This document shows positions 1 to 12,264 of a stretch of DNA of 64,000 nucleotides, piece by piece. How positions within the stretch are numbered: position 1 is the stretch's first letter; each line of letters opens with the position of its first letter. The stretch comes from Mobula hypostoma. Taxonomy: Eukaryota. The position numbers were made by a program, and so were the translations under genes. Where the stretch lies: NCBI RefSeq assembly GCF_963921235.1, contig NC_086108.1, positions 5,332,001 through 5,396,000 on the forward strand. The letters run 5' to 3'. A model generated the notes under the pieces. That model saw only the letters and a program-made list of their open reading frames with translations. It was not told the DNA's origin and did not search any database.

Positions 1-833
1 ACCACCGACTCAACCTGGAGGTTAACCTTTAGGGTATCCTGCACAAGGACTCCTAAGTCCCTTTGCATCTCTGCATTTTGAATTCTCTCCCCATCTAAAT
101 AAGAGTCCGTGTTCGCCATGATGCGGAACTTTTCTTCCGCCGTCTCCGTCTCCGAGCCTACTTCTTCGGCAAGGACTCTTCCACCCCCACCGATGACCCC
201 TTCTCCCGTCTTCAACCCTCCTCTTCTTCATGGACACCCCGCTCTGGTCTTCTGCCTGCTCTGGATCTCTTTATCGCTAACTACCGACGGGACATCAACC
301 GTCTCGACTTCCCTGCACCTTGTCCCCATTCCAACCTCACTCCTTCGGAACGCTCTGCTCTCCACTCCCTCCGCACTAATCCTAACCTTATTATTAAACC
401 CGCCGATAAGGGGGGTGCTGTTGTAGTCTGGCATACTGACCTCTACCTTGCCGAGGCACAGCGACAACTCGCGGATATCTCCTCTTATTTACCCCTCGAT
501 CATGACCCCACTAAGGAGCACCAGGCCACTGTCTCCCACACCATCACCAACTTTATCCGCTCAGGGGATCTCCCATCCACTGCTACCAACCTTATAGTTC
601 CCACACCCCGCACTTCCCGTTTCTACCTCCTACCCAAGATCCACAAACCTGCCTGTCCTGGCCGACCTATTGTCTCAGCTTGCTCCTGCCCCACCGAACT
701 CGTTTCTGCATACCTCGACACTGTTTTATCCCCCCTTGTTCAATCCCTTCCTACTTATGTTCGTGACACTTGTCACGCTCTTAAACTTTTCGATGATTTT
801 AGGTTCCCTGGCCCCCACCGCTTTATTTTCACC

Positions 834-1766
834 ATGGATGTCCAGTCCCTATATACTTCCATCCCCCATCAGGAAGGTCTCAAAGCTCTCCACTTCTTTT
901 TGGATTCCAGACCTAATCAGTTCCCCTCTACCACCACTCTGCTCCGTCTAGCGGAATTAGTCCTTACTCTTAATAATTTCTCCTTTGGCTCCTCCCACTT
1001 CCTCCAAACTAAAGGTGTAGCTATGGGCACCCGTATGGGTCCTAGCTATGCCTGCCTTTTTGTTGGGTTTGTGGAACAATCTATGTTCCGTGCCTATTCT
1101 GGTATCTGTCCCCCACTTTTCCTTCGCTACATCAACGACTGCATTGGCGCTGCTTCCTGCACGCATGCTGAGCTCGTTGACTTCATTAACTTTGCCTCCA
1201 ACTTTCACCCTGCCCTCAAGTTTACCTGGTCCATTTCCGACACCCCCCTCCCCTTTCTAGATCTTTCTGTCTCTGTTTCTGGAGACAGCTTATCCACTGA
1301 TGTCTACTATAAGCCTGCTGACTCTCACAGCTATCTGGACTATTCCTCTTCTCACCCTGTCTCTTGCAAAAACGCCATCCCCTTCTCGCAATTCCTCCGT
1401 CTCCGCCGCATCTACTCTCAGGATGAGGCTTTTCATTCTAGGACGAGGGAGATGTCTTCCTTTTTTAAAGAGAGGGGCTTCCCTTCCTCCACTATCAACT
1501 CTGCTCTTAAACGCATCTCCCCCATTTCACGTACATCTGCTCTCACTCCATCCTCCCGCCACCCCACTAGGAATAGGGTTTCCCGGTCCTCACCTACCAC
1601 CCCACCAGCCTCCGGGTCCAACATATTATTCTCCGTAACTTCCGCCACCTCCAACGGGATCCCACCACTAAGCACATCTTTCCCTCCCCCCTCCCCCCGC
1701 ATTCCGCAGGGATCGCTCCCTATGCGACTCCCTTGTCCATTCGTCCCCCCCATCCCTCCCAACTGA
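834..1766 (+). pseudogene. Penelope reverse transcriptase domain (catalytic D->N, frameshifted C-terminus)
   Basis: PLE-type RT motifs; RYINDC in place of RYIDD; the frame drifts into low-complexity sequence after about 1580. Confidence 0.9.
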
Positions 1767-1866
1767 TCTCCCTCCTGGCACTTAACCGTGTAAGCGGAAC
1801 AAGTGCTACACATGCCCTTACACTTCCTCCCTTACCACCATTCAGGGCTCCAAACAGTCCTTCCAG

Positions 1867-2193
1867 GTGAGGCGACACTTCACCTGTGAGTCAGCTGGGG
1901 TGATATACTGCGTCCGGTGCTCCCGATGTGGCCTTTTATATATTGGCGAGACCCGACGCAGACTGGGAGACTGCTTTGCTGAACATCTATGCTCTGTCCG
2001 CCAGAGAAAGCAGGATCTCCCAGTGGCCACACATTTTAATTCCACATCCCATTCCCATTCTGACATGTCTATCCATGGCCTCCTCTACTGTAAAGATGAA
2101 GCCACACTCAGGTTGGAGGAACAACACCTTATATTCCGTCTGGGTAGCCTCCAACCTGATGGCATGAACATCGACTTCTCTAACTTCCGCTAA
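1867..2193 (+). pseudogene. Penelope GIY-YIG endonuclease domain
   Basis: FTCES.GVIYCVRCSRCGLLYIGETRRRL...EH...VATHFN...RLEEQHLIFRLGSLQP.G.N. Confidence 0.9.
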
Positions 2194-2486
2194 GGCACCA
2201 CCTCCCCCTCGTACCCCATCTGTTACTTATTTTTATACACACATTCTTTCTCTCACTCTCCTTTTTCTCCCTCTGTCCCTCTGAATATACCCCTTGCCCA
2301 TCTTCTGGGTCCCCCCACCCTTGTCTTTCTTCCCAGACCTCCTATCCCATGATCCTCTCGTATCCCTTTTGCCTATCACCTGTCCAGCTCTTGGCTCCAT
2401 CCCTCCCCCTCCTGTCTTCTCCTATCATTTTGGATCTCCCCCTCCTCCTCCCACTTTCAAATCTCTTACTCACTCTTCCTTCAGTT

Positions 2487-2523
2487 AGTCCTGACGAAGG
2501 GTCTCGGTCTGAAACGTCGACTG
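2487..2523 (+). ncRNA. Minimal type I hammerhead ribozyme motif in the Penelope 3' pseudo-LTR
   Basis: AGTC-CTGACGA-agggtctcggtct-GAAA-CGTC-GACT. Core CUGANGA/GAAA, helix I AGUC/GACU, palindromic ACGU helix III, GUC cleavage triplet. Confidence 0.8.
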
Positions 2524-3839
2524 TACCTCTTCCTACAGATGCTGCCTGGCCTGCTGCGTTCACCAGCAACTTTTATGTGTGTTGCAAGAGTCTGCCCATT
2601 TATTTCTTCCACCAAAGTGCATGACCAGACACTTTCCAATATTCTATTTTATTTGCCACTTCTTTGCCCATTCCCCTAAACTATCTAAGTCTCTCTGCAG
2701 GCTCTCTGTTTCCTCAACACTACCTGATCCTTCACCTATCCTTGTATCATCGGCAAATTTAGCCACAAATCCATTAATCCCATAGTCCAAATCATTGACA
2801 TACATCATAAAAAGCAGCGGTCCCAACACCGACCCCTGTGGAACTCCACTGGTAACTGGCAGCCAGCCAGAATAGGCTCCCTTTATTCCCACTCTCTGCT
2901 TTCTGCCAATCAACCAATTCTCCACCCATGCTAGTAACTTCCCTGTAATTCCATGGGCTCTTATCTTGCTAAGCAGCCTCATGTGCGGCACCTTGTCAAA
3001 GGCCTTCTGAAAATCCAAGCACACCATGTCTACTGCATCTCCTTTGTCTACCCCACTTGTAATTTCCTCAAAGAATTGTAGTAGGTTTGTCAGGCAGCAT
3101 TTTTCTTTCAGGAAACCAATTTTGGCCTATGTTGTCATGTGCCTCCAGCTACTTCATAATCTCATCCCTAACAATCAATTCCAACAACTTCCCAACCACT
3201 GATGTCAGGCTAACAGGTCTATAGTTTCCTTTCTGCTGTGTCCCACCCTTCTTAAATAGTGGAGTAACATTTGCAATTTTCCAGTCATCTGGTACAATGC
3301 CAGAATCTATTGATTCTTGAAAGATCGTTGTTAATGCCTCCGCAATCTCTCCAAGCTGCTTCCTTCAGAACCCGAGGGTGCATTCCATCAGGTCCAGGAG
3401 ATTTATCCACCTTCAGACCATTAACCTTCCTGAGCACCTCTCAGTCGTAATTTTCACTGCACAAACTTCATTTCCCTGAAACTCTTGAATGTCCGGTATA
3501 CTGCAGATGTCTTCCACTGTGAAGACTGATGCAAAATACGCCCCTCCGTTGTTTGGAGGAGCCTGGAGGGTTACGAACTGGTCGTGGGTAACTGGGACGA
3601 GCAGGGAGGATGCTGTGGTTGGCATGGACCAAATGAACTTCATCTGATCATTTCCAACTTCCTACCCCACCAAAATTTCCCTGCCTCTAAGACTTACTTG
3701 TTTTCTCTTCAGTCTGAAATGTCATCCTTCCAACAGATGCTACTTGATCCACTGAGCCTTGCTAGGAATTCTGTTTTTATTTCGGATTCAGATTCATTTA
3801 TTTGCCACACGTACAGAGAAATTACAAACAACATCCAAG

Positions 3840-4165
3840 GCGGTAGTGTATTGGTCAGCACAACGCTTTACAGTACCAGCAACACAGATTCAATGCCTGT
3901 CACTGCCTGTAAGGAGTTTGTATGTTCTCCCTGTGATGTACTGGTTGGTAGGTTAATTGCTTTTATTTGAGAAACTTCGCAGAATAAGCCCTTCTGGCCC
4001 TTCGAGTCGCACCACCCAGTAGTTCCCCCAGTTTTAACCCGAGCCTAATCACGGGACAATTCACAATGACCAATTAACCTACCAACCAGTGTGTCTTTGG
4101 ACTATAGGAGGAAACCAGAGCACCTGGAGGAAACCCATGAGGTCATGGGGAGAACATACAAACTT
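3840..4165. mobile_element. Two V-SINE (HE1-like) copies in opposite orientations
   Basis: tRNA-like head followed by 'gtaaggagtttgtatgttctccc' on +; reverse V-domain 'gaggaaaccagagcacctggaggaaaccca' on -. Confidence 0.65.
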
Positions 4166-4642
4166 CCATACATGACCTCCTCTACTGCCATGATGAGGCT
4201 AAACTCAGGTTGGAGGAGCAACACCTCATATACCGTCTAGGTAGTCTCCAGCCCCTTGGTATGAACATAGAATTCTCCAACTTCCGGTAATTCCCTCCCC
4301 CTCCCTTCACCTATCCCTATGTCACTCTGCCCCCTCCCCCAGCTGCCTATCACCTCCCTCATGGTTCCGCCTCCTTCTACTACCCATTGTGTTTTCCCCT
4401 ATTCCTTCTTCACCTTTCCTGCCTATCCCCTCCCTGCTTCCCCTCCCCCACCCCTTTATCTTTCCCCTTACTGGTTTTTCACCTGGAACCTTCCAGCCTT
4501 CTCCTTCCCACCCTCCCCCCACCTTCTTTATAGGGCCTCTGCCCCTTCCCTCTACAGTCCTGACGAAGGGTTCCGGACCGAAACATCGACTGATCATTTT
4601 CACGGATGCTGCCCGACCTGTTGAGTTCCTCCAGCGTGTTGT
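4165..4642 (+). mobile_element. Penelope 3' fragment (GIY-YIG C-terminus + pseudo-LTR with hammerhead motif at 4555-4592)
   Basis: Homologous to about 2070-2585; CAGTC-CTGACGA-agggttccggacc-GAAAC-ATC-GACTG. Confidence 0.85.
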
Positions 4643-5424
4643 GGGTGTTACAAACTTCTTACAGGCAGCGGCAGGAACAGAACTTAGATTGTCTGCACAG
4701 AGATTGGTCCTGGTGCCTCCAGTTTCCTCCAACATCGTAAAACAATGGTAATCTGTCCTGTGACGAGGCTCAGGTCAAACCGGGGGACTGCTGGGCAGTG
4801 TGGCTCCAAGTGCCAGAAGGGCCTATTCTGTGCTGTATCTCAATAAGCAAGGACATGCTGGGGGCAGCCCGCAAGAGTCGCCACAGATTCCAGCACCAAC
4901 GTAGCCTGTTCACAATGTTCAGCAGATCGAAACAAGACAGCAACAACAGAACAAAACAAATCCGTTTCCCAGCCGGCCACTTTTACACACAGATGAGATG
5001 CCTCCGAGCCTCCAAGTTTTGGCCCTGGACTCTCAGAATCAGGTCGAGAACCCCCCCAGTCCCTGACCCGCTCTCAGGCTCAACCTTCGGGTCTCTACCT
5101 CTACACTCGCTGAGCTCTGGACATAGCCCTTTTGGCTTTGCCTTCCAGACTTCACCGACCTCTGGGTATCAACTCGAGGACCCGCCAGTCATAGGTTTGA
5201 CTTCAGGACTCCAACCTCATGACCTGAGGGGGGTGGGGGGAGGGGTAGTCACAGGCCCTCATGACTCCCACCCACACAGACCTCCAACTTGGAACCTGTG
5301 TGTGCAGTTACTTCTACCTTTCAAAATCGGGAGTGCATCTGTGTCTGTAAAGGTTAATAGCAGATCCTGTGTGAGCTGAAGAACAGTTACTCTCCAGCTG
5401 GTCGAAAATTGAAGCCCACTGAAT

Positions 5425-5712
5425 ACTGAGAGGCCTAGATAGAGTGGACATGGTGAGGATATATTTTATAGTTGTGGAGTCTTGGACCAGAGGGCCCGGC
5501 CTCAGAAGAGAAAGACATTCCTTTAGAACAGAGATGAGGAGGGAGGAGGGGTGAATCTGTGGAATTCAGTGACACCGATATTTGTGGAGGCCAAAGCATT
5601 TGGTATATGTAAGGCAAAGGTTGATAGGTTCATGAATAGTTGGGCATCAAAGGTTATGCGGAGAAGGCAGGATCTCCAAGCAAATGGCCTCATACTGTTC
5701 CTATATCTTACG
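5425..5712 (+). mobile_element. Degraded CR1 3' end
   Basis: 'tttagaacagagatgaggag...gtgaatctgtggaatt...gtggaggccaa' as in other CR1 tails in the window. Confidence 0.7.
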
Positions 5713-6059
5713 GTCAGAGTAATAGGGACTGGGACCAGAGGGCAGGAGCTGGGATCGCTAAGCAAATGGCATCCTACCAGGAGGTGGCAGTGTGGAGCCA
5801 GCAAACGGAATCTCCAGCAGGGCCGTGCTGGTCAGGCGAGGCAGAAGCCAGCCTCTGCGAAAGTCAGTCCAGGTAGCAGAAGAGGAGGGAGGTGGCGATG
5901 AGTGGAGTTCCACCGACGGTCTGAAATAACGGCCAACAACCTTTATTCAACTCCCCCCAGGAGTTTGTTCGTTCGACCTGTAACTGCGTGGGTTTCCACT
6001 GGGTGCTCCAGTTTCCTCCCACAGTTCAAAGACATAGCAGTCGGTAGATTAATAGGTCA

Positions 6060-7215
6060 CCGTTATCATAATGTGCCGTGTTGTGACATGGGCGATCATT
6101 GTCTTCCAATAAGCATGATTGTACTTAGGAAACTTTGTCACATGGTGTGAGCAGAATTATCTGCAGCTTAATGTGAAAAAGACTAAGGAGCTGGTGGTAG
6201 ACCTGAGGAGAGCTAAGGTACCGGTGACCCCTATTTCCATCCAGGGGGTCAGTGTGGACATGGTGGAGGGTTACAAATACCTGGGGCTACGAATTGACAA
6301 TAAACTGGACTGGTCAAAGAACACTGAAGCTGTCTACAAGAAGGGTCAGAGCCGTCTCTATTTCCTGAAGAGACTGAGGTCCTTTAACATCTGCCGGACG
6401 ATGCTGAGGATGTTCTACGAGTCTGTGGTGGCCAGTGCGATCATGTTTGCTGTTGTGTGCTGGGGCAGCAGGCTGAGGGTAGCAGACACCAACAGAATCA
6501 ACAAACTCATCCGTAAGGCCAGTGATGTTGTGGGGATGGAACTGGACTCTCTGACGGTGGTGTCTGAAAAGAGGATGCTGTCTAAGTTGCATGCCATCTT
6601 GGACAATGTCTCCCATCCACTACATAATGTACTGCTTGGGCACAGGAGTACATTCAGCCAGAGACTCATTCCACCGAGATGCAACACTGAGCGTCATAGG
6701 AAGTCATTCCTGCCTGTGGCCATCAAACTTTACAACTCCTCCCTTGGAGGGTCAGACACCCTGAGCCAATAGGCTGGTCCTGGACTTATTTCCTGGCATA
6801 ATTTACATATTATTTTTTAATTATTATGGTTTTATTACTATTTAATTATTTATGGTGCAACTGTAATGAAAACCAATTTCCCCCGGGATCAATAAATTAT
6901 GACTATGACTATGACTATAAACTTTTCTACAGGCATTGCCTTGTTCTGGGCAGTGTTTTTACCACAGGTGACCCCAGCCATTATCCATACTTTCCAAAAA
7001 TTGTCTGCCTGTCATTAGTGATCACATAACCAGGACTTGTGATCTGCACCGGCTGCTCATACGACCATCCACCACCTGCTCAAATGGCTTCACGTGACCC
7101 TGATCAGGGAGGGGGGCTAAGCAGGTGCTATGCCTTGCCCGAGGGTGACCTGCAGGCCAGCAGAGAGAAGGAGCGCCTTACACCTCCTTTGGTAGAGACG
7201 TATCTCCACCCCAGC
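6060..7215 (-). mobile_element. RTE-derived non-autonomous element (host of the Rex insertion)
   Basis: Same family as 10000-11262. Minus-strand head 'gggtggagatacgtctctaccaaaggaggtgtaagg'. Confidence 0.65.
6137..6918 (+). mobile_element. Rex1/Babar-type LINE, 5'-truncated, young copy
   Basis: ORF 6119-6772 has LQLNVKKTKELVVD..YKYLG..L.WSKN...QSRLYFLKRLR. It ends in an (ATGACT)n tail and is flanked by AAACTTT (6130-6136, 6919-6925). Confidence 0.9.
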
Positions 7216-7489
7216 AACCCACTAATTGATCAATGGGTGTAATTTTGCAGCACGTTGGACCAGAAGGCCCTGTTCCCATGCTGGAGAGACACAAGAGACA
7301 GCGGATTCTGAAATCTGGAATGGTTGGAAGAATTTGGCGGATCGAGCAGATTTTTGTTCAGATTCCAACATCTACATCCTCCTATGTCCCTTCTCGGCCT
7401 GCTGAGTTCCTCCAGCAGAGTGTTTCTGGCTGAAATAAAGGCAAGTGTCCGATCCTTGTTTGGACCAAAGTGGGTGACAGCATTATTGA

Positions 7490-7755
7490 TTTATTGAGAT
7501 ACAATAAATAGATACGGCCCGTCGAGCCTCGCTGCCCAGCAATCCCCTGATTTAACCCTAGCCTAATCACGGGATAATTTACAATGCCAATTCACCTACT
7601 AACTGGTACGTCTTTGGACTGTGGGAGGAAACCAGGGCACCCGGAGAAAACCCACGTGGGAGAACGTAAAACTCCTTACAGGCAGCGGTGGGAATTGAAC
7701 CTGGGTCGCCTGTACTGTAAAGGGTTGTGCCAACCACTACGCTACCGAGCCGCAT
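7490..7755 (-). mobile_element. V-SINE (HE1-like)
   Basis: Reverse V domain 'gtgggaggaaaccagggcacccggagaaaaccca'; tRNA-like head 'gggaattgaacctggg'. Confidence 0.7.
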
Positions 7756-7769
7756 ATGGAGGGCCTACA

Positions 7770-8200
7770 CCCGGTCCACAGGAGAGAGCCGGTGTTTCTC
7801 CTCTCTCCTTCTCCTCTCTTTTTCCATTCCCCATTCTGACTCCACTCATACTCCTTTCCTTCTCCTCAAATGCCCTTCACCTCCCTCTGGTGCCCTTCCT
7901 CTTTCTCCCACAGTTCACTCTCTTCTCCTATCAGCTTCCTTCTTCTTCAGCCCATTACCTTTTCTCCCAGTTTCCTACTTCATTCCCCCTCTCCATCCAC
8001 CCACCTGGTCTCACCTGAAACCTGCCAGCTTGCGGCTCCTTCCCCTGCCCCCACCGTTTTATTCCAGTGTCTTCCCCCTCCCTTTCCAGTCCTGATGGAG
8101 GGTTCCAGCCCAAAATGTCGACTGTCCATTCAATTCCATAAACGTGGCCTGACCTGCTGAGTTCCTCCAGTAATTTGTGTGTGTGGCTCAAGATTTTGAT
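7770..8200 (+). mobile_element. Penelope 3' pseudo-LTR remnant with decayed hammerhead (8087-8124)
   Basis: Pyrimidine-rich tract, then cagtcCTGATGgagggttccagcccAAAATGTCgactg and 'ctgacctgctgagttcctccag'. Confidence 0.7.
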
Positions 8201-9384
8201 TTATTTACCCGAGACTGTACCCAAATTGGTATTGAGAGTCAAAAGCCTTGTTTTCTTAAACAAAGTTCTAGTCCAGTTCTGCGTCCCCTCTTGAAGGGGA
8301 AGCACACTAGCGCCAGCAACCAGATTGATCTGTTCAATTGCTTTTAAGTAGCGATCAATTTTTTAGTCACACTTGAAACGTCGTTACTAACTGTACAGAC
8401 CTTAGCTGCAGTTGTGGTTCTTAGCTGTAGCAGGCTGAAACAGGAGTGATGGTGTATGATGGTACCTTTCAGATCTGCTCACTGGAGTCACCTTTATCGA
8501 TGCATTAGTGCCTCAAAAATGCAGCATCCGTCATTAAGGACCCCCTGCCATTTTAATTCACCATCGCAGTCCCACTGTGACCTCTCTCCAATCTCTTGCA
8601 CTGTTGCAACAATGACCAACACAAGCTCAAGGAACAAGAGAAAGATTAAAGATTAGCTTCATTTGTTCAATGTACACTGATATACTTGGGTGGTGGGGTG
8701 GAGATATGTCTCTACCAAAGGCGGTGTAAGGTGCTCCCTCCCCCCCACTAGTCTTCAGGTCACCCTTGGGCGAGGTGTAGCACCTGCTTAGCACCCCCGC
8801 CCCTTGATTTTTTCTGCATAGCCTTTTTTTATTGCAGACGAATCTCAAGGTTGTATATGGCATACATACTTTGATAATAAATGTACTTTGAACTTTGAAC
8901 TTTGAACTTTTGCATGTTAGTTGTCCGCCCTGTCGGGTGCGGTCTTTCATTGATTCTGTTGTTTTTCTTGGATTTACTGTGTATGCCCACAAGAAAATGA
9001 ATCTCAGGGTTGTATATGGTGATATATATGGTATGTACTTTGAACATTTCAGGTTGTTCAGCAGTTTTTCAAAGAGAGGGACGTTCCGCTTGCCAACATT
9101 CTTGCTAGGACACCGTTGACGACAGGACACCACTGTGTGGTTATTACTTTCTGTACTTAATATAATTACTGTTCACTGTGCAATTCACAGACACCATCTT
9201 GTTGCAAAAACCCAAGCCGATTGAGAATTCGTCTTTAGCGTACAAGTCCATTCAAGAGTCGGATGACAGCAAATGAAAGCAGTCCTTGTGCTTGGTGGCA
9301 TGTGCTCTCAGGCAGATGTTTGTATTTGTGCTTGGGGAGCGAGAGAAGGCCAAGAGACGGATATGATCAGCTGATTTATTGATT

Positions 9385-9635
9385 TATTTATTGAGCTACA
9401 CAGTGGAACAGACCCTTCCAGCCCACCGAGCCCTGCTGCCCAGCAACCACGCCTCCCCCCCGAATTAACCCTAGCCTAATCACCAATGACCAATGACCAA
9501 TTAACTTACCGACTGGGAGGAAATCAGAGCGCCCAGAGGAAACCCACACAGTCACAAGGAGAACATACAAACTCCTTACGAGGCGGGAATTGAACCCAGG
9601 TCACTGGTTCTAACCACTATGCTACCGTGCTGCCT
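9385..9635 (-). mobile_element. V-SINE (HE1-like)
   Basis: (TTTA)-rich tail, 'gaggaaacccacacagtcac', 'gggaattgaacccagg'. Confidence 0.65.
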
Positions 9636-9999
9636 GGGATGGGAAAGAGCATTCTGAGCATTCTGAGAACCCTAAGGTTATCATGCCAATAAAAATTTTC
9701 TTCTTGAACAGAACCATAGAAGGCCCAAAATCCTCAGCACATCGGGTGGCCTGTGGTAGCAGTCAGCAGAATGCTATTGCAGTGTGGGCATGCTATGTTG
9801 GCGCTGGAAGTGTGGCATCACTTGTGGGCTGCCCCCAGCACATCCTCGGATTGTGTTGGTTGTTGTAACAAACAGCACATTTCACTCTGTATTTCGATGT
9901 ACACTTGACAAATAAGGCTCATCTATCTTTTTAAAAATCAGGTTTTTGTACTTCTGTTCAAAGATTCTTCACCACTTATCAGGAATCTTCTGATAAAAG

Positions 10000-11262
10000 A
10001 CCATTCTTTCATTCTGTGCCATGTCGTATGACATCATTCATTCTGTGCCGTGTCGTATGACATCATTCATTCTCTGCCGTGTCATAGAACATAGCACATA
10101 GAATAGTACAGCACAGTACAGGCCCTTCAGCCCACAATGTTGTGCCGACCCTCAAACCCTGCCTCCCATATAAGCCCCCCACCTTAAATTCCTCCATTTA
10201 CCTGTCAAATAGTCTCTTAAACTTCACTAGTGTATCTGCCTCCACCACCGACTCAGGCAGTGCATTCCACGCACCAACCACTCTCTGAGTAAAAAACCTT
10301 CCTCTAATATCCCTCTTGAACTTCCCACCCCTTACATTAAAGCCATGTCCTCTTGTATTGAGCAGTGGTGCCCTGGGGAAGAGGCGCTGGCTATCCACTC
10401 TATCTATTCCTCTTATTATCTTGTACACCTCTATCATGTCTCCTCTCATCCTCCTTCTCTCCAAAGAGTAAAACCCTAGCTCCCTTAATCTCTGATCATA
10501 ATGCATACTCTCTAAACCAGGCAGCATCCTGGCAAATCTCCTCTGTACCCTTTCCAATGCTTCCACATCCTTCCTATAGTGAGGTGACCAGAACTGGACA
10601 CAATACTCCAAGTGTGGCCTAGCCAGAGTTTTATAGAGCTGCATCATTACCTCACGACTCTTAAACTCTATCCCTCGGCTTATGAAAGCTAACGCCCCAT
10701 AAGCTTTCTTAACTACCCTATCCACCTGTGAGGCAACTTTCAGGGATCTGTGGACATGTACCCCGAGATCCCTCTGCTCCTCCACACTACCAAGTATCCT
10801 GCCATTCACTTTGTACTCTGCCTTGGAGTTGTCCTTCCAAAGTGTACCACCTCACACTTTGTGTCGTTTGACATCATTCATTCTGTGCTGTGTTGTAAGA
10901 CATGGGTGATCATAGTTTCTGACCATGATAGTTCTTGGCAAGTTTTTCTACAGAAGTGGTTTGCCATTGCCTTCTTCTGGGCAGTGTCTTCACAAGACGG
11001 GTGACCGCAACCATTATCAATACTCTTCAGAGATTGTCTGCCTGGTGTCAGTGGTCACATAACCAGGACTTGTGATCTGCACCGGCTGCTCGTACGACCA
11101 TCCACCACCTGCTCCCATAGCTTCACGTGACCCTGATTGGTGGGGGGGGTGGGGGGCTAAGTAGGTGCTACACCTTGCCTAAAGGTGACGTGCAGGCCAG
11201 TGAGTAGAGGGAAGAAGCACCTTGCACCTCTTTTGGTAGAGATGTATCTCCACTCCGCCACC
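10000..11262 (-). mobile_element. RTE-derived non-autonomous element with a 29-bp tandem tail, interrupted by CR1
   Basis: Minus strand reads 'gaagaaggcaatggcaaaccacttctgtag' (Bov-A/RTE-like motif). Tail units CATTCTGTGCCRTGTCGTATGACATCATT lie on both sides of the CR1. Confidence 0.7.
10084..10860 (-). mobile_element. CR1 LINE 3' fragment, intact frame (ORF 10198-10809)
   Basis: RPHLEYCVQFWSPHY..LERVQRRF..FFTQRVVGAWN; short-repeat tail near 10084-10105; possible TSD GTGTC (10079-10083, 10861-10865). Confidence 0.9.
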
Positions 11263-12264
11263 CATTGGCCTCAATTGTGAGCCCTCATTCTCTCTCCACA
11301 GATGCTGCCTGACCCATCTGAGTAATTCTGTTACCAGCCGCTTTCTGCTTTGATGTCAGACTCGCGGCATCTGCAGGTTTTGCAGTGTGTACCTGAAACT
11401 GGAGCTGCCTTGGGAGGTCCCGAGATCTACACGTACACCTGGGAGACACCATTTCCACCCAGAAGGTCATGTCTTAGCAGTGAGGATCTGTGCAACCCTG
11501 GATATTTCAGAAATATTCACTCTCAGGTTTTCTTCCAAGTTGACAGCATTTTATAACTATCCAAAAATAGCATCGTTGCTAGGTAACCAACTGCCTGAGG
11601 AGCTTACTTGATTGGTTGGTGTCAGGGCATGCTATTTTCCCAGCTGGTGGCACAACACAGCCAACAACTGTTTAACGGTCCTTAGCCTGTCTGCCAGTAT
11701 CCATGTCTGACGCTCCTGGGAATCCTGAAAGATTTCAACTCCACGCAGACATCTTTAATTTTTATTTATATTACTCAGAGAAGCAGCTGGGAACAGGCCC
11801 TACAGGCCTGGTGAGCCGTCCCAACCAGCATCCCACCTGTGTGACCCTAGCCTAATCATGGGACAACTTATAATGACCAATTAACTTACTAACCGGCACT
11901 TCCTTGGGACGTGGGAGGAAAGGGGTAGCTGTGGAGGCCAAATCATCGGGTATATTTAAGGCAGAGATTGATAGACTCTTTATTGGTCAGGGCAAGAAGG
12001 GATATGGGGCAAAGGCAGGAGATTGGGGCTGAGAGGGAAAATGGATCAGCCATGATGAAATAGCGGAGCAGACTCGATGGGCCAAATGGCCCATTTCTGC
12101 TCCTATATCTTATGGAAACCCACGTGTTCACGGGGAGGACGTATAAACTCCTCCAGATTGTGCCGGAACTGAACTCCGGTGCCCTGAGATGGAATAGTGT
12201 TGCTCTAACCGTTACCCTGCTGTGACAGCCACGCTTGCTGTTTCCTCTAATCTGTGCGAGTGTG

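Larger units (their letters stand above)
108..2585 (+). mobile_element. Penelope-like retroelement (RT + GIY-YIG endonuclease), 5'-truncated, inactivated
   Basis: The reading frame upstream of the 834 ORF gives KPADKG and LPKIHK..GRPIVS. ORF 834-1766 has MDVQSLYTSIP, GVAMGTRMGP and a degraded YIND (YIDD). ORF 1867-2193 has GVIY..C..C..LYIGETRR (GIY-YIG). The element is flanked by a 7-bp direct repeat AAGAGTC (101-107, 2586-2592). Confidence 0.95.
1..3540 (-). mobile_element. CR1-clade LINE fragment (RT region), split by the Penelope insertion (parts 1-107 and 2593-3540)
   Basis: ORF 2644-3027 has DFQKAFDKVPH, SGVPQGSVLGP and KFADD. Bases 1-107 continue the same CR1 sequence across the TSD (compare the copy at 39960-40110). 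Confidence 0.9.

Noticed and set aside
4798..5379. 193-aa ORF
   Set aside because: Begins within SINE/repeat sequence, has a non-ATG start and no domain similarity.
5777..5790. CTCF-like motif CCAGGAGGTGGCAG
   Set aside because: A single imperfect motif match cannot be supported from sequence alone.
10860..11262. HDV-like ribozyme in the RTE-derived element
   Set aside because: GGCAAACCAC resembles a J4/2-P2 end, but I could not build P1, P1.1 or P3 by eye. A structure-based search would be needed.
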